Shown piece after piece: positions 61,844 through 64,000 of a DNA stretch of 64,000 nt; positions within the stretch are counted from its first letter, which is position 1, and every line of letters begins with the position of its first letter. Origin of the DNA: Bacilli bacterium (GTDB lineage Bacteria > Bacillota_I > Bacilli_A > RF39 > UBA660); assembly GCA_900758495.1 (NCBI GenBank), contig CAAERO010000019.1, positions 14,252 through 78,251 of the forward strand. The letters run 5' to 3'. The notes under the pieces were generated by a model. It saw only the letters and a list, made by a program, of their open reading frames with translations, had not been told where the DNA came from and searched no databases. The position numbers were made by a program, and so were the translations under genes.

Positions 61844-64000
61844 TTAAATTCTAGAATATCTATAAGTAGTTGTTATCTAAGGCATCTAAAAAGAATAATC
61901 CTTATCTGATTTAAATTTATAATCACATATCATATATTTACCTCTCATTCTAGCAGGGAATGACATATTATCATCCTCTTCAAATGAATCCTGTCTTGGA
62001 ACTGGTAATCTATAAGTATCTTCACGATAGTCAAATACTAAATCCTAACCGTCTTTATTAGCTACCTAGTGTTTAGTAGTTAATTTAATACTATCAAGAA
62101 TATCATTGGTTAGTATTTTATTATTTGGATCTATAAAGTCTCCCTATAACTGAATATTATCAAATACTTTAGTATACTGAGGATCTTTGTTTACTACTAT
62201 CTTTAATCTAATGTCTTTACTAGTATCACCAAATCCTTCTATATCTAATGAATTAATGATATAGAACTCATTATTCTTAGTTGTTACAATTTTATCTGTA
62301 AGAGGTAACGTAAAATCTGGATCAAATGTATATAAAGATGTAAATGCGTTTAATTTTTCATTATATATCAAAGACTTATTATACAGTCTGAACCATACTT
62401 CATCATATTTCTTATCATACAATGAATTAGCTCCTTTAGTCTTTTGATTATACATGTTATTCATATAAGACTGCACGTTACAATCTTTTGATATTATACT
62501 TATTCCACTTCCTGTAGATTTACATATTTCATTCTTATTAGAATCGTACCAATATATGCTATTACTAGAGTTAACAATACTTCTATCATTAACTACATTA
62601 GTACCATTTAGAGTACTCAAATAATCGTATCTATCCAATACTCCACCAGTACCTAATACTAGTTGTCCTACATTGTTATCTTGTATTAGTGATCTTTCAT
62701 TTACAGATAGTATACCAAATGCATTATTCTACCAGAAGTATAGTCTATTGAATATACCTTTTATATTAGTTATCTCTCCATACTAATAATCTACATCTAT
62801 AAAATCAGCAGGTTTAAATATAGACCAATTATCTATATTCTCATTTGTAGTTTTAGCTTGTGAAACATATACCCTATTAGCTGATTTTACATTTGCTTCA
62901 TCATATAATCCTCTAGTACTAAATATTTTTCCATCAGGCTATGCAGAGTATGCGTCATTATATAAATAATAAGGTTTACTTTGCGAATGATATGTACCTA
63001 ATTGAACAGGTTCTATTTGCAAATATGCATCTACATTATTTGAAGCACCATTATATGTTCTATTAGTCATTTGCCCCATAGATAATTTCAAATTGATAGT
63101 GCTTTCTAATGGAATATACGCTCCGAAATAACGTTTTCGTTCAGACCAAGAATCACCACCAGAAGCTTCATTTCTTTGAAATATCATTTGAGATGGATAA
63201 TCTAGAATCCCAATATAAGTATCTCCCCCAAAAGCATATACTACAGGATTATTCTTATCGCCATATGACCCTATAGGTATATATGTAGAACTAGTTCTAG
63301 CTGAATAAGTATTACCGTTATATGGTATTAATGGTTTTTTTGCATTAACTACAATTAATGGGCAATTATCATTAGCATGTTCATCACGATAAAATGAAAT
63401 AGGTTGGATTGAAAGTATATCATCATCTGATACCTATAATATAAGACATGGACCAGCTGGGCCATAAGTAATTACATCTATGTTACTTCCGCCTTCATAA
63501 AAATTACTAGCAGTCCAATTAGAATAAGTAATGTTACCTATATTAGCTTTATAAGGTTTTACTCCGCCGTTTAGTACAGCGTTGTATGGTATTATAGCTG
63601 GAAGTTTTGCATCTACTATGCTTTGTTCCTTTCCTATAAATTTAGAATTTACTCGAAAGTAGAATTTCTATATATAAGCACAGTACCAATCATCATTGTG
63701 AATTGCAAATACTTGTGATGCTGAAGCTGACGGATTATTACCAGAATTATATACTTTAGTACTTTTTCTATTAGTAACATGAGATGTTCCTTCTGGTAAA
63801 CGCTAAGCTGAGTTATTCATAGCTACCCAGTTTTGCACATTTGTACCTTGCTGATCTGTATCTTGTTTACTGAAATCAGATATAAGAACGGCTTCCTATC
63901 TGAGATATATATTGTCTTTAAATAGAGCTTCAGTCTTTTCTCCATTAAAACATACTTCTGGTGATATAAACCTCCAATAATTATCAGTTATATCTTCTTC
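61844..64000 (-). CDS. Virion structural protein, N-terminus beyond the right edge; TAG-recoded
   Basis: TAA at 61844-61846 abuts the next ATG (TAA-T-ATG). The frame of fragments 62144..62638 and 62939..63187 continues across TAGs at 61877, 61886, 62045, 62066 and 62144. Confidence 0.7.

Noticed and set aside
40435-63187. Reading the about 35 short minus-strand ORFs as pseudogenes or a decayed prophage remnant
   Set aside because: The fragments fall into only five frames and are interrupted exclusively by TAG wherever I checked. The frames end in TAA right before the next ATG, and a cognate tRNA(CUA) is encoded in the window.
1-64000. TGA or TAA reassignment instead of, or in addition to, TAG
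   Set aside because: TGA and TAA terminate many well-defined plus-strand genes (for example 19524, 30292, 34416, 38781). Neither occurs in frame in the late-gene stretches I walked through. All five late-gene ends are TAA.

Overview
This 64-kb window reads as one contiguous piece of an AT-rich, gene-dense dsDNA phage genome with the architecture of a crAss-like (Crassvirales-type) phage. The host is probably a Bacteroidota member, judging from A-rich start contexts without Shine-Dalgarno sequences. There are three transcription blocks. (i) 1-7887, minus strand: small genes intact in the standard code (GroES-like, wHTH, HExxH protein, DUF5664-like, two Cys-rich paralogs). These run into an amber-suppressor tRNA(CUA) at 1734-1808 and then the large terminase (1-1492, continuing off the left edge). 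(ii) 8106-40334, plus strand: early/middle and replication genes. They include a family-B DNA polymerase, DnaB-like helicase, DnaG/Toprim-like primase, SSB-like protein, AAA_24-type, MoxR-type and other AAA ATPases, a PD-(D/E)xK nuclease, a metallophosphatase, an HNH homing endonuclease, a T7 endonuclease-I-like resolvase, an ECF sigma factor and an AP2-domain protein. These genes are interrupted by unusually long ORF-free islands (about 0.4 to 2.3 kb each) that look structured and carry tRNA-like and tmRNA-like genes. (iii) 40351-64000, minus strand: five abutting late/virion genes that exist only if TAG is translated; every genuine stop is TAA. One is a 13.5-kb, 4504-codon ORF with the DFDVD signature of crAss-like virion RNA polymerases plus an HExxH motif. 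The points most worth a second look: TAG recoding with its suppressor tRNA sitting exactly at the code boundary; a circularly permuted (two-piece) tmRNA-like gene with a TAG-free tag frame; two non-canonical tRNA-like elements; a resolvase gene gated by one in-frame TAG inside the otherwise standard-code module; the ORF-free islands and their repeats. Everything was done by eye from the sequence. No searches, folding or statistics were run, and GC statements are qualitative.
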